Shown here one piece after another: positions 19,246 through 28,536 of a stretch of DNA of 64,000 bases; position 1 is the first letter of the stretch; each line of letters starts with the position of its first letter. The DNA is from Chloroflexota bacterium (GTDB lineage: Bacteria; Chloroflexota; Anaerolineae; J102): the NCBI GenBank assembly GCA_013151415.1, contig JAADII010000169.1, positions 2,545 to 66,544 of the forward strand, written 5' to 3'. Both the position numbers and the translations under genes were made by a program. The notes beneath the pieces are model-generated. The model did no database searches. It had not been told where the DNA came from and saw only the letters and a list, made by a program, of their open reading frames with translations.

Positions 19246-20484
19246 ATGAAAATCGTCCTGCACGAACGCGGCCGCGGTCGCATCGCGGCCGTCGTTTTGC
19301 TAACCATAGCCACACTTCTTGGCCTAAGCGCCCTCCAGACGCGGCCGCGCGCACAGGCCCAACCGCAAGCGTCAGACACAACCTGGCCCACGCTAGAAAC
19401 CGCACTTTTCGCCCCGAACTTCGACCGGCCCGTTCACCTCACCCATGCCAATGACGGCAGTGGGCGGGTGTTCATCGTCGAACAAAGAGGCCAAATTCGT
19501 ATAGTCGAGAATGGCGTTACTCTCTCCACACCCTTTCTAGATATCACCGATCGCGTCGATTGTTGCAGCGAGCGCGGTCTATTGAGCGTCGCTTTTCCGC
19601 CTGACTACGCGCAAAAACAGTATTTTTATGTCTACTACATCGACCTGAACAAAGACACCGTGGTCGCCCGTTTTCACACTTCGCCCCAAGACTCTGATCA
19701 AGCCGACCCCAGCAGTGAAGAGATCATTCTCACGGTGGATCAGCCCTTCATCAACCATAACGGCGGCCAACTGGCCTTTGGGCCGGACGGTTATCTTTAC
19801 ATTGGTCTGGGCGACGGTGGATCGAGCGGTGATCCCTATAACAACGGCCAGAAGACAAACACTTTGCTGGGCAAAATCCTGCGCATCGACGTGGAATCGG
19901 GCCAAACGCCTTACGCCATCCCGGATGACAATCCTTATGTCAACACACCCGGCTATCGCGGCGAGATATGGGCCTTGGGCCTGCGCAATCCCTGGCGCTT
20001 TTCCTTCGATCGCGACACCGGCGACCTCTATATCGCCGACGTGGGCCAAGACTTATATGAGGAGGTGAACTATCAACCCGGCCAAAGCGCGGGCGGCGAA
20101 AACTACGGTTGGCGCATCATGGAGGGCTTTCACTGTTTCGAGTCGCCCAACTGCGACACGAGCGGACTGGTCTTGCCGGTGGTGGAATATGATCATGATC
20201 TGGGATGCTCCATCACAGGCGGATTCGTCTATCGCGGGCCGTCCTATCCCGATATGGAAGGCGTCTATCTCTATGGGGACTATTGCAGCGGCCGCATATG
20301 GGGCTTGCGCAAAAACGCGGAGGGCTGGGAAAACGAATTATTGCTCGACACCTCGTTCTTCATCACCTCCTTCGGTGAAGACGAAGCCGGCGAGATCTAT
20401 GTGTTGGACCTCAAGAACGGAGGCGTTCATCGTCTCCTCTCGGCTTCTCCGTTCCGTACATTCGCGCCGCTAATTCGGAAATAA
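19246..20484 (+). CDS. PQQ-dependent sugar (glucose/sorbosone) dehydrogenase, secreted
   Basis: Motifs ERGLL, NHNGGQLAFGPDGYLYIGLGDGG, GKILRID, GLRNPWRFSFD and SFGED; C-terminal FAPLIRK motif. Confidence 0.9.
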   Translation: MKIVLHERGRGRIAAVVLLTIATLLGLSALQTRPRAQAQPQASDTTWPTLETALFAPNFDRPVHLTHANDGSGRVFIVEQRGQIRIVENGVTLSTPFLDITDRVDCCSERGLLSVAFPPDYAQKQYFYVYYIDLNKDTVVARFHTSPQDSDQADPSSEEIILTVDQPFINHNGGQLAFGPDGYLYIGLGDGGSSGDPYNNGQKTNTLLGKILRIDVESGQTPYAIPDDNPYVNTPGYRGEIWALGLRNPWRFSFDRDTGDLYIADVGQDLYEEVNYQPGQSAGGENYGWRIMEGFHCFESPNCDTSGLVLPVVEYDHDLGCSITGGFVYRGPSYPDMEGVYLYGDYCSGRIWGLRKNAEGWENELLLDTSFFITSFGEDEAGEIYVLDLKNGGVHRLLSASPFRTFAPLIRK

Positions 20485-20493
20485 CCAGCCTCC

Positions 20494-21261
20494 ATGCCCC
20501 ATCTCTATCTCAGTCCTCATTTCGATGACGCCGCGCTTTCCTGCGGCGGGCTCATCGCCAAACAAGCGGCCGCGGGCGAACAGGTGATCATCGCCACCAT
20601 TTACGCGGCCGCGCCCAATTTTACAGAGATTTCCGAATTCGCGGCCAAACAACATCGGCGCTGGCTCGCGCGACATCCTGGCCTCCATCCCATCGCGTTG
20701 CGCCGCCGCGAAGACGAAGCCGCCGCGGCGCAGTTGCGGGCCAGCGTGCGCCATCTCAATCAATTGGACGCCATCTACCGCCGCGGGCCTGCCGGTCAGT
20801 GGCTATATGATTCAGAAGAAGCCATTTTCGGGGCGGTGCATCGAGCGGATGATGACGCATGGCTCCGCGCAGAGATGGAACAATTGCTGCGCGATGTTCG
20901 TCCTACAACCATCTACGCGCCCCTGGCCGCTGGCGGGCATGTGGACCATCGCCGCGTGCGAGCCATCGCCGAAACCTGGGTTGCCCAAGAGCGTCCGGTT
21001 CTCTTTTACGAGGATTACCCTTATATTGAGGACCCTCGTCACCTGTGGCTGGCCCTGAATGCGCCCATAACCGGCGCTTGGGAGCGTTTACCGCAATTCT
21101 TGACAAAAGAGCATGCCCATGCCAAAATCAGGGCCGTGAAATGCTACGAAAGCCAACTCGACGTTCTTTTCGACAACGATATCGAGGAGCGCATCCTTGC
21201 CCAGTTGCATCTAAGTGGGGCGCCGGGGCTGGCTGAAGTGCTGTGGCGTTTACGAAGATAG
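20494..21261 (+). CDS. PIG-L/LmbE family deacetylase
   Basis: Motifs SPHFDDAALSCGG, RRRED, GHVDH, YEDYPY and YESQ. Confidence 0.9.
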   Translation: MPHLYLSPHFDDAALSCGGLIAKQAAAGEQVIIATIYAAAPNFTEISEFAAKQHRRWLARHPGLHPIALRRREDEAAAAQLRASVRHLNQLDAIYRRGPAGQWLYDSEEAIFGAVHRADDDAWLRAEMEQLLRDVRPTTIYAPLAAGGHVDHRRVRAIAETWVAQERPVLFYEDYPYIEDPRHLWLALNAPITGAWERLPQFLTKEHAHAKIRAVKCYESQLDVLFDNDIEERILAQLHLSGAPGLAEVLWRLRR

Positions 21262-21456
21262 CTAACACTTCGGCGTTATCCAGATTTCAACCTTACACAC
21301 GCGCGCGTTTGAAGTAGGCGTCGGACGATGGGCCGTGGGGCGATGGAGTAACGGAGACGCATTGTCTCCTTTTCCACTCGCCTGGGCTCCCACAACACCC
21401 AACCGGTCCTTCCGATGCAAAACGCGCACGCAAATCTCTCAATCAAGGAGTCACCA

Positions 21457-22683
21457 ATGAAGTTTCGCAACATGTTCATCCTCTTTTCCGCACTCGCGCT
21501 GGTGGTCGCGCTTGCCGCGTGCGGGGGGAAACAGGAGGAGCCGACGGTCGCGCCGGCGGCAAGCTCGCAGAAAGAAGACGCAAGCCAAGCTCAACCAGGG
21601 GCCACCAACACTCCCATCGCGCCCCAACCCACCAATACGCCCCTCCCCCAACCCACCAACACCCCAGCGCCCACGCCCACCAAGGCCTCTGTCGCCAGCG
21701 AGACCGCCGAAGCGAGCGATGAGGCAGGCTTTGTCTCCATGAGCAAATTGGAGGATATCCTCGATTCTTATCGTTCGCGAGGCATGATGCGCTTGACCAT
21801 CACCTTCCCCGACGATAGAACCGAAGAACAGGAAGTGCTCATCGAAAGCGCCTGGACCAAGGCCGATCATGAATATGGATTCGACATGAGCATGACCATG
21901 AGCAGCTCAGGCATGGACGAGGAAGGCCCGCAAGAGATCAGCATTTACATGGTCGGCGACACCACGTCCATCAACTTTGGCGGTGAATGGTTGACGCAAA
22001 GTCGTCAAGGCGAGGGGCTATTCGACATGCCCACCTTTTTACTCGACCCCGACGCTTTCTTCGCCGATATCGAAAACATGAAAGAAGTGGGCCAGGAAAC
22101 CGTCAACGGCGTCAAGACCATTCACTATGCTTTCGACGACATCGGTGATTTGACCGACATATTCGGAGCAGCCGCGGCCGAGCAAAGTCAGCTCAAGAGC
22201 CTGCAAGGCGATGTGTGGGTGGCCAAAGACGGCTCATATGTGGTCAAATCGAACTTCGAGGCCACGGTCGAAAACGCGGCCATGCCAGGTGAAACAGGCG
22301 AAGTCTTGACCGAGCAAACCATGCTCTGGCAACTCGAAGTGTATGAGGTGAACGGCGACATCACCATCGAAGCGCCCGAAGGCGCGGCCAAGGCGGGTGA
22401 AATCAGTGCGCCCGGCTTCGATGCTGGCGAGTTCCCGCTTCCTCCCGAAACCACGGTTCTCGTGAGCATGGGTGATATCACCATGCTCGAATCCACCCTT
22501 GGCGAGGCCGAACTCACCGCGTTCTTCGAAGAGGCGCTGACCAACCTCGGTTGGAGCAAACAGGGCGATGGGCCCTTTGCTTCCTGGTCAAAGGATGGCT
22601 ACACCCTGAGCGTTATTATCACGCCTGGCGACAAGGAAGGCGTGACCAATATCATGATTCAGGGGGCCGCGGACGGTTCATAA
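21457..22683 (+). CDS. Lipoprotein with PT-rich linker, LolA/LppX-LprAFG-like beta-barrel domain
   Basis: Lipobox LAAC, PTNTP repeats, ETVNGVKTIHY and GDVWVAKDG; AAGGAG RBS. Confidence 0.75.
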   Translation: MKFRNMFILFSALALVVALAACGGKQEEPTVAPAASSQKEDASQAQPGATNTPIAPQPTNTPLPQPTNTPAPTPTKASVASETAEASDEAGFVSMSKLEDILDSYRSRGMMRLTITFPDDRTEEQEVLIESAWTKADHEYGFDMSMTMSSSGMDEEGPQEISIYMVGDTTSINFGGEWLTQSRQGEGLFDMPTFLLDPDAFFADIENMKEVGQETVNGVKTIHYAFDDIGDLTDIFGAAAAEQSQLKSLQGDVWVAKDGSYVVKSNFEATVENAAMPGETGEVLTEQTMLWQLEVYEVNGDITIEAPEGAAKAGEISAPGFDAGEFPLPPETTVLVSMGDITMLESTLGEAELTAFFEEALTNLGWSKQGDGPFASWSKDGYTLSVIITPGDKEGVTNIMIQGAADGS

Positions 22684-22758
22684 GCCCTCGCCTTGGCGTC
22701 GATGCATCAACCATATGGCATCGACGCTTGAACGTTCGCCCTGACGCGGACTAAACCG

Positions 22759-22829
22759 AGACTCGGATAGAGAACGCGCGGACTTCTTCAGCAGGCTCCC
22801 ATCCGCGCACCTTCTATCCGAGTCTTTTT
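22759..22829. terminator. Long stem-loop with T-tract between convergent genes
   Basis: Arms AGACTCGGATAGA...TCTATCCGAGTCT with inner GCGCGGA/TCCGCGC, followed by TTTT. Confidence 0.6.
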
Positions 22830-22916
22830 CCTTTCGTCAACCGGCTGAAACCGACTCCCGCACCCCACCCCGGCAACCGCATTGGCGGCAGTTATCGATT
22901 GCTCCGCACATCATGC

Positions 22917-23297
22917 TTACAAAGGTTGTCGTCCGGCAAAACCCCCATCCAATTCGTGCCAATACTGCACCCGCTCCTCTCCATATCGCCAACAAAGATA
23001 CACCACCCGACCATCGCGAATGGCTGGAAAATCGATCAAACCGTAATCCATATCCTTGATCTCACACCCCAGCTGATTAATGGCGAGAAAAGCCTCCTCC
23101 ATTTGTCGAAAATAAGGCAACAAATCACCCGCCTTTTGGCTGCCGCCGTTGCCGATGGCCGCCTCGAGAACAGGCAATAAATCCGCGCGGGCCGCGATGA
23201 TGGCCTTGCGCGCGGCTCGCAGCTGATCGATGAGCGCGCGCAAGCGCGGCAGCAGCGCGTTCGCTTCCTCGACCGTGAAATAGCGACGCTGAGACAC
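22917..23297 (-). CDS. DUF2203 family protein
   Basis: Motifs FTVEEANALLP, GLIDFP, LCWRYGE and WHELDGGFAGR. Confidence 0.9.
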   Translation of the reverse strand: MSQRRYFTVEEANALLPRLRALIDQLRAARKAIIAARADLLPVLEAAIGNGGSQKAGDLLPYFRQMEEAFLAINQLGCEIKDMDYGLIDFPAIRDGRVVYLCWRYGEERVQYWHELDGGFAGRQPL

Positions 23298-23437
23298 AGG
23301 CGGTCGCAGTTCATAAAACGATAGGACGACGAGACCATAGGACAGCGACGTCCTATCGTCTCATCGTCCCGCCGTCCTTCCCCTCATGGAGATATTCGAC
23401 GTCGGGATGAGGTCGAAAAGCTCCATGAAGAAGAAAA

Positions 23438-23833
23438 TCAATGACAACTTTCGGGCATGGGCTGGCCAGTGTGGCTCTTAGCCGTGCGGAAAGAGCTTCC
23501 GCAACCGCAACTGCTAACCGCATTGGGGTTCTCGATATTGAAACCGCCGCCCATCAGGCTGTCCACCCAATCGATGCGGCAGCCGTTGATGTAGAAAAGG
23601 CTCACCGGGTCTACAAACACTTTCAAGCCATGTTGTTCATAGACCTCGTCTTCCGCGCGAGGGCTGTTGTCGAAGGTCATGCCATATTGCATGCCCCCGC
23701 ATCCCCCTCCCTGAACAAAGACGCGCAGGCCGTAATCTTCACTCAGGCCTTTCTGATTCATAATATCGCGCAATTTGTTAGCCGCGGCCGGAGTGAGATT
23801 GACGCCGGTCTGGGTTTCGGTCATGGTGCTCAT
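23438..23833 (-). CDS. HesB/IscA/ErpA A-type Fe-S carrier
   Basis: Motifs GGGCGG and NPNAVSSCGCGSSF. Confidence 0.93.
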   Translation of the reverse strand: MSTMTETQTGVNLTPAAANKLRDIMNQKGLSEDYGLRVFVQGGGCGGMQYGMTFDNSPRAEDEVYEQHGLKVFVDPVSLFYINGCRIDWVDSLMGGGFNIENPNAVSSCGCGSSFRTAKSHTGQPMPESCH

Positions 23834-23979
23834 TCAGTCATACCTCCGAATGGTGTGGATAGGATGGACAAAGGAAGAATAGTGGCAAGAATTTGACATG
23901 ATTCAACGGATGGAAAAATCGATCGGAATATGATAATAAGACGCTCTATGGGCAAATCAACCGCGTTCAAGAGCGCGAA

Positions 23980-25014
23980 TCATCCGCCAATTTGCGACAT
24001 AAGACGAAGCCGGGGAACCTCGCCTTCAGGCAGGCCGTGCCCCCAAGGTTTGGCGTAAACCGCGTTCAAGATGCGTGCACGAAGCTCTTCTTCATTCGCG
24101 CCTCGACGCAAAGGCGTCAGCACATCGAGCTCGCCATCTCGCAACAGACAAAGCCGCAATGTGCCATCCGCGGTGAGACGCAAACGGTTGCATCCGGCGC
24201 AAAAAGGCTCAGAGACGGTGCTAATGAAACCAATAGAGCCACGCGCGCCGGCCAGCCGATAAGGCCGCGCCGGATCGTTGGGAGAATGACCAGGAATTTC
24301 ATACAACGGCCCAAGCGCCTCTTCAATGCGCCGTCGCGTCTCTTGCGAAGTCACAACCACGCTCTGCGCGAAATCGGCTTCGCTGCCAAAGGGCATCACT
24401 TCAATAAAGCGGACTTCCCACTCTCGTTCGAGGGTCAGGCGAGCTAAGTCCACGACTTCGTCCTCATTGAAACCGCGAGTGACCACGGCATTGATTTTGA
24501 TGGGCCGCAGCCCCGCCGCCTCGGCGGCTTCGATGCCGGCCCAAACCGCGTGAAGATCGCCCCAACGCGTGATGCGCCGGAATTTTTCCGGATCCAACGT
24601 GTCGAGCGAAATATTCACCCGATTCAGGCCCGCTCGGGCCAGCGGTTCGGCAATTTGGGGCAAAAGAAGACCATTGGTCGTGATGGCCAAATCGCGCAGA
24701 CCAGGGAAACGAGCTATGGTGCGCACAATGCCCACCAGATTTGGCCTCACGGTCGGCTCGCCGCCGGTCAGACGAATCTTTTCCACCCCCAACGAGACCA
24801 TCATACGGGTGATGAAGAACAACTCGTCGTCGTTCATCAACTCGCGCCGCGGGCGAAATTGCATCTTTTCGGGCATGCAGTAGACGCATCGCAAATTGCA
24901 CACATCGGTGAGCGAAATGCGCAAATAGTTCAATCGGCGTCCAAAACGGTCATACAAGCCCGAGCGCGTTGATGATGGACGTTCGAGAGGCTCACCCGAG
25001 CGGGAATCAGGCAT
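23980..25014 (-). CDS. moaA: GTP 3',8-cyclase
   Basis: Motifs LRISLTDVCNLRCVYCMP, TGGEP, RFIE and PFCAGCNRLR; C-terminal IGG. Confidence 0.96.
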   Translation of the reverse strand: MPDSRSGEPLERPSSTRSGLYDRFGRRLNYLRISLTDVCNLRCVYCMPEKMQFRPRRELMNDDELFFITRMMVSLGVEKIRLTGGEPTVRPNLVGIVRTIARFPGLRDLAITTNGLLLPQIAEPLARAGLNRVNISLDTLDPEKFRRITRWGDLHAVWAGIEAAEAAGLRPIKINAVVTRGFNEDEVVDLARLTLEREWEVRFIEVMPFGSEADFAQSVVVTSQETRRRIEEALGPLYEIPGHSPNDPARPYRLAGARGSIGFISTVSEPFCAGCNRLRLTADGTLRLCLLRDGELDVLTPLRRGANEEELRARILNAVYAKPWGHGLPEGEVPRLRLMSQIGG

Positions 25015-25684
25015 GAACCAGATCTCCTTGAGTCTCGAAAGAGGCGTCATGAGCATCGGCCGAGATGCTGTTCAAGGGGATGAGATAGGAGCAACGGATG
25101 TCGCCCTCGGCAATATGAGCAATGCGCTGAGGCTCCAATCCGGTGAGCAAACTCACCAGGATAAGATCCATATGGCAAAGTTCAGGGTGGGGCTGCGTGA
25201 GATGATTGTACGGACAATGACATGTGTGTAAAATGGCTTCACGCTCACCCAATTCGCATCCGGCCATATAGCCTTGCTCGGTGAGAAAATCGGCCACAAC
25301 CCGAACGCGTTCTCTGGGCGGCAAATCCTGAAGGTCTTGAGGCGCTTTGGCCGCAACTTCAGCCGCCATCTGCGCCATTACAGCCAGAAACTGATCGTCC
25401 GACAAGGCGTTTTTGAGGGCGTCCAGGCTATGATGGGCCAATTCGCGATAATTATTGGGAAAATAAGCGTTGGCTTCTGGAGTCAGGGCATAAACCTGCT
25501 GGGGCCGCCCAGCGCCCGAGCGTCGACGCACTCGAGGAGTATAAACGAGACCATCGCCGATGAGAAGATCAAGGTGATGGCGCACAGAGACCGGCGCCAT
25601 TTCCAGGCGGTTGGCCAATTCGCCGACTGTGGCGTGGCCTTCTCGCTTCAATATTTCAAGGATAACCTTCCGAACAGGATGCAC
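25007..25684 (-). CDS. SufR-like wHTH transcriptional regulator with Cys-containing C-terminal domain
   Basis: HTH (VRHHLDLL...GRPQQVYALT), then CHCPY...ELC...RCSY. GTG start inferred from the promoter position. Confidence 0.85.
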   Translation of the reverse strand: MHPVRKVILEILKREGHATVGELANRLEMAPVSVRHHLDLLIGDGLVYTPRVRRRSGAGRPQQVYALTPEANAYFPNNYRELAHHSLDALKNALSDDQFLAVMAQMAAEVAAKAPQDLQDLPPRERVRVVADFLTEQGYMAGCELGEREAILHTCHCPYNHLTQPHPELCHMDLILVSLLTGLEPQRIAHIAEGDIRCSYLIPLNSISADAHDASFETQGDLVHA

Positions 25685-25751
25685 GCTAATAGGTCTCGAG
25701 AGTGAATGGAGCGCAGAAATGATGGCCGCGGCCGCGAATACAGCGCACCGT

Positions 25752-25780
25752 ATTCTATCACGCTTCAGAGACGCTGTCAA
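25752..25780 (-). promoter_or_regulatory. Sigma70 promoter of the sufR-like-moaA unit
   Basis: Minus strand reads TTGACA-17bp-TAGAAT. Confidence 0.7.
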
Positions 25781-25824
25781 TTTTTATCAATTTCTTCATA
25801 GAAATTCAGGGACAGATCACGGTT

Positions 25825-26676
25825 CTATTGCTCTTCCAGGGCGCGGGCGATGCGCGCCGCGATGCGAGCGTTGTTTTCCAGCAGAGCCAGGTTTGCGCGC
25901 AGCGCGGCCTCGCCCGTGCTTTGTGCAATGTGAGCCAGCAAGAAGGGCGTGAGTTCCTTGCCGCGAACCCCCCGCGCGGCGGCCTCGTTCAATGCGGCGT
26001 CGATGGCTTCGCGCGCGACGGCCTCGTCCAGTGCTGCGCCTTCGGGCGGGGGCGCGGTCACCAACATGCCCGTGGAAAGGCCCAACGCGCGGTGGGCGCG
26101 CCAAATGGCGGCCACTTCTTCGGCCGTATCGCAACGCGCATCCACGGGCAAGCCGGATGTACGGGTGTAAAACGCGGGCATTTCATCGCAACCATAACCA
26201 ATGACCGGCACGCCTAACGTTTCGAGTCGCTCGCGGGTGCGGGGCAAGTCAAGGATCGCTTTGGCCCCTGCGCACACCACCAAAACAGGAATCGTGGCCA
26301 GGGCCGTGAGATCGGCCGATTCATCGTAATCTTGCCCGCGATGCACGCCGCCCAAACCGCCGGTCGCGAACACCTGGATGCCGGCTCGATGCGCCACCCA
26401 CATGGTCGTGGCCACGGTGGTGGCCGCATCCAAACGCCGGGCGTGCACGATGGCCAGATCGCGCAACGAAGCCTTGATCACATCCTGACCGCGTGCAAAA
26501 TATTTGATCTGTTCGGGAGCAAGCCCCGCCACCGGTTGGCCGCGCACAAAACCGCATGTGCGCGGCTCAGCGCCCTGGTCGCGGACAATAGCCTCCAATC
26601 GCAAGGCGGTGCGGTAGTTTTGCGGATAAGGCAATCCGTGTGCAATGACGGTGCTTTCAAGCGCGACTTGAGTCAT
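25825..26676 (-). CDS. psuG: Pseudouridine-5'-phosphate glycosidase
   Basis: Motifs VALESTVIAHGLPYPQN, ATTVATT, ATGGLGGVHRG, DESADL and GKELTPFLL. Confidence 0.95.
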   Translation of the reverse strand: MTQVALESTVIAHGLPYPQNYRTALRLEAIVRDQGAEPRTCGFVRGQPVAGLAPEQIKYFARGQDVIKASLRDLAIVHARRLDAATTVATTMWVAHRAGIQVFATGGLGGVHRGQDYDESADLTALATIPVLVVCAGAKAILDLPRTRERLETLGVPVIGYGCDEMPAFYTRTSGLPVDARCDTAEEVAAIWRAHRALGLSTGMLVTAPPPEGAALDEAVAREAIDAALNEAAARGVRGKELTPFLLAHIAQSTGEAALRANLALLENNARIAARIARALEEQ

Positions 26677-26713
26677 GAGAGGGGTTTATGCGTCTTCTGC
26701 ATGGTGCGACGGA

Positions 26714-28072
26714 TTACAAGACCACGTCTGTAGGATCATTGCCCGCGTCGAGCATGGCCTTACGGACGTTGACGGGAATGAGCAAGATCAGACCCAGCAC
26801 AAAGAACAGGATGACGGAAAGGATGGCCACGCGGGTGCCGCCGGTGATCTGCACGGCCGCGGCAAAGACCAGCGGACCGATCCAGGAAGTGCCGCGCTCG
26901 CTGATCTCGTAAAAACCGAAATACTCCGATTCGCTTTCCCGCGGGATCATCTGTGAAAAGAGTGAGCGACTCAGGGCCTGCGAACCGCCCAACACCAACG
27001 CCAGCAACACGCCCATCAAAAACAGTTGCCAAATTTCATACATGAACGCGTAAGCGTAGACCACAATGACAATCCAGATGATGAGACTAACGATGATGGA
27101 TTTCTTTGCTCCGATGCGACCGGCCAAAAAGCCAAAAAGCAATGCGCCGCCGAAAGCGACAAACTGAATAAGCAACACGAGAATGATAAGAATATCGGCC
27201 GATGCGCCCAGTTCGGAAGCCGCGAAAAGGGTCGAGACCACGATCACGGTCTGAATGCCATCATTATAGATGAGGTAAGCAATGAGATAACGAAGCGTCT
27301 CGGGGTGCTTGCGATAGATGCTCTTGAGCGTGCGGATGATTTGCTTGACGCCCTGCGAAAGATATGTCTCGCCAGGGGGCAACTGCTTTAGAGCAGGGCG
27401 TTGGCGCAATATGCGAGCCGGAAACAAATAGGTGAACCCAAGCCACCACAGGCCCGCGCTGGCCAAACTCAGCCGCACGGCCAAACCCGTATCCTCCATC
27501 AGCGTAATCATGGCCAGGTTGATGGCCAACAGCAACCCGCCGCCCAGATAACCCAAAGCCCAACCCAAAGAACTCACCCGATCGCGTTCTTTGGGCGGCG
27601 CAATGTCGGGCAAAAATGCATTATAAAGCACAATGGCTGCACCAAACGAGAGATTGGCGATGATAAAAAGGAACCCGCCCAAAAGCACCGCGCCGTTGGT
27701 TCCCACCAGCGGCAAATCCGGTTGCACGAAGAAAAGGAGAATGGTGGCCGATGCGCCTATCGTGGCGAATGTCAGGAGCAAACGTTTTTTCAGCGTCGAG
27801 TAGTCGGTGACCGCGCCCAACAAAGGCAAAAATAAAACCTGTAGAATCACCGAAATCGAAACACAGGTGGGAAAAAAGGCGTCTGGCTCGAAGGAAAACC
27901 CCAAAAACTGAACCCTTCCCGCGGTCTCTGCCAAACTGGAAAGATAAGGGCCCAACAACGTTGTAACGACCGTCGTGCTGAAGGCGGAGTTGGCCCAATC
28001 GTACATGCTCCAGCCCAGCACCTCGCGACGATCCAATTCCGCCGGCGGTGCGTGTGTGATAGCTTCTGCCAT
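26714..28072 (-). CDS. MFS transporter, UMF1/ATG22-like family
   Basis: Motifs WSMYDWANSAF, YNAFLP, YNDGIQTV and SQALSRSLFS; about 12 TM helices. Confidence 0.92.
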   Translation of the reverse strand: MAEAITHAPPAELDRREVLGWSMYDWANSAFSTTVVTTLLGPYLSSLAETAGRVQFLGFSFEPDAFFPTCVSISVILQVLFLPLLGAVTDYSTLKKRLLLTFATIGASATILLFFVQPDLPLVGTNGAVLLGGFLFIIANLSFGAAIVLYNAFLPDIAPPKERDRVSSLGWALGYLGGGLLLAINLAMITLMEDTGLAVRLSLASAGLWWLGFTYLFPARILRQRPALKQLPPGETYLSQGVKQIIRTLKSIYRKHPETLRYLIAYLIYNDGIQTVIVVSTLFAASELGASADILIILVLLIQFVAFGGALLFGFLAGRIGAKKSIIVSLIIWIVIVVYAYAFMYEIWQLFLMGVLLALVLGGSQALSRSLFSQMIPRESESEYFGFYEISERGTSWIGPLVFAAAVQITGGTRVAILSVILFFVLGLILLIPVNVRKAMLDAGNDPTDVVL

Positions 28073-28536
28073 GATGTCAGCTCCAAATGAAAAAAATGAT
28101 GAGGAAGGATCGGACAGGAAATCACGGTGAAAAAGCTGAGACCTATGGTAAAGGCATTGCCGGGAAGACACAAATATGACGCTCTGGCATATGACCTGGT
28201 CATCTGGCCAGGTCATATACCACCCGTATTGTGAGGCGACAATCTAACCCCGCGCCCGTTGTTTGCATGCGAATGATCGGTCATACTGAAATATACGGTC
28301 CATGTCCCGTTGAGGCGTAACTTTCAGGCTGTAAATCCGTCAGGACAGCTAGAATTAAGCGTCTCCTAACCTGCCAAAACGGCGGTGAACGCCCCACATA
28401 TTGCCATCTCATGTTCCACCTGGCCGCGTCTATATAGCCCATATAGACGACCGGAGTGCGTAACATGAGTGGTTGCATTTCTTACCCATCTCGTCTCACA
28501 TAAACGAGGTGACTCTTCGCAAGGAGTGATTTAATT

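Noticed and set aside
21590-21680. CCCACCAAC repeats as a DNA element
   Set aside because: They encode the PTNTP linker of the lipoprotein.
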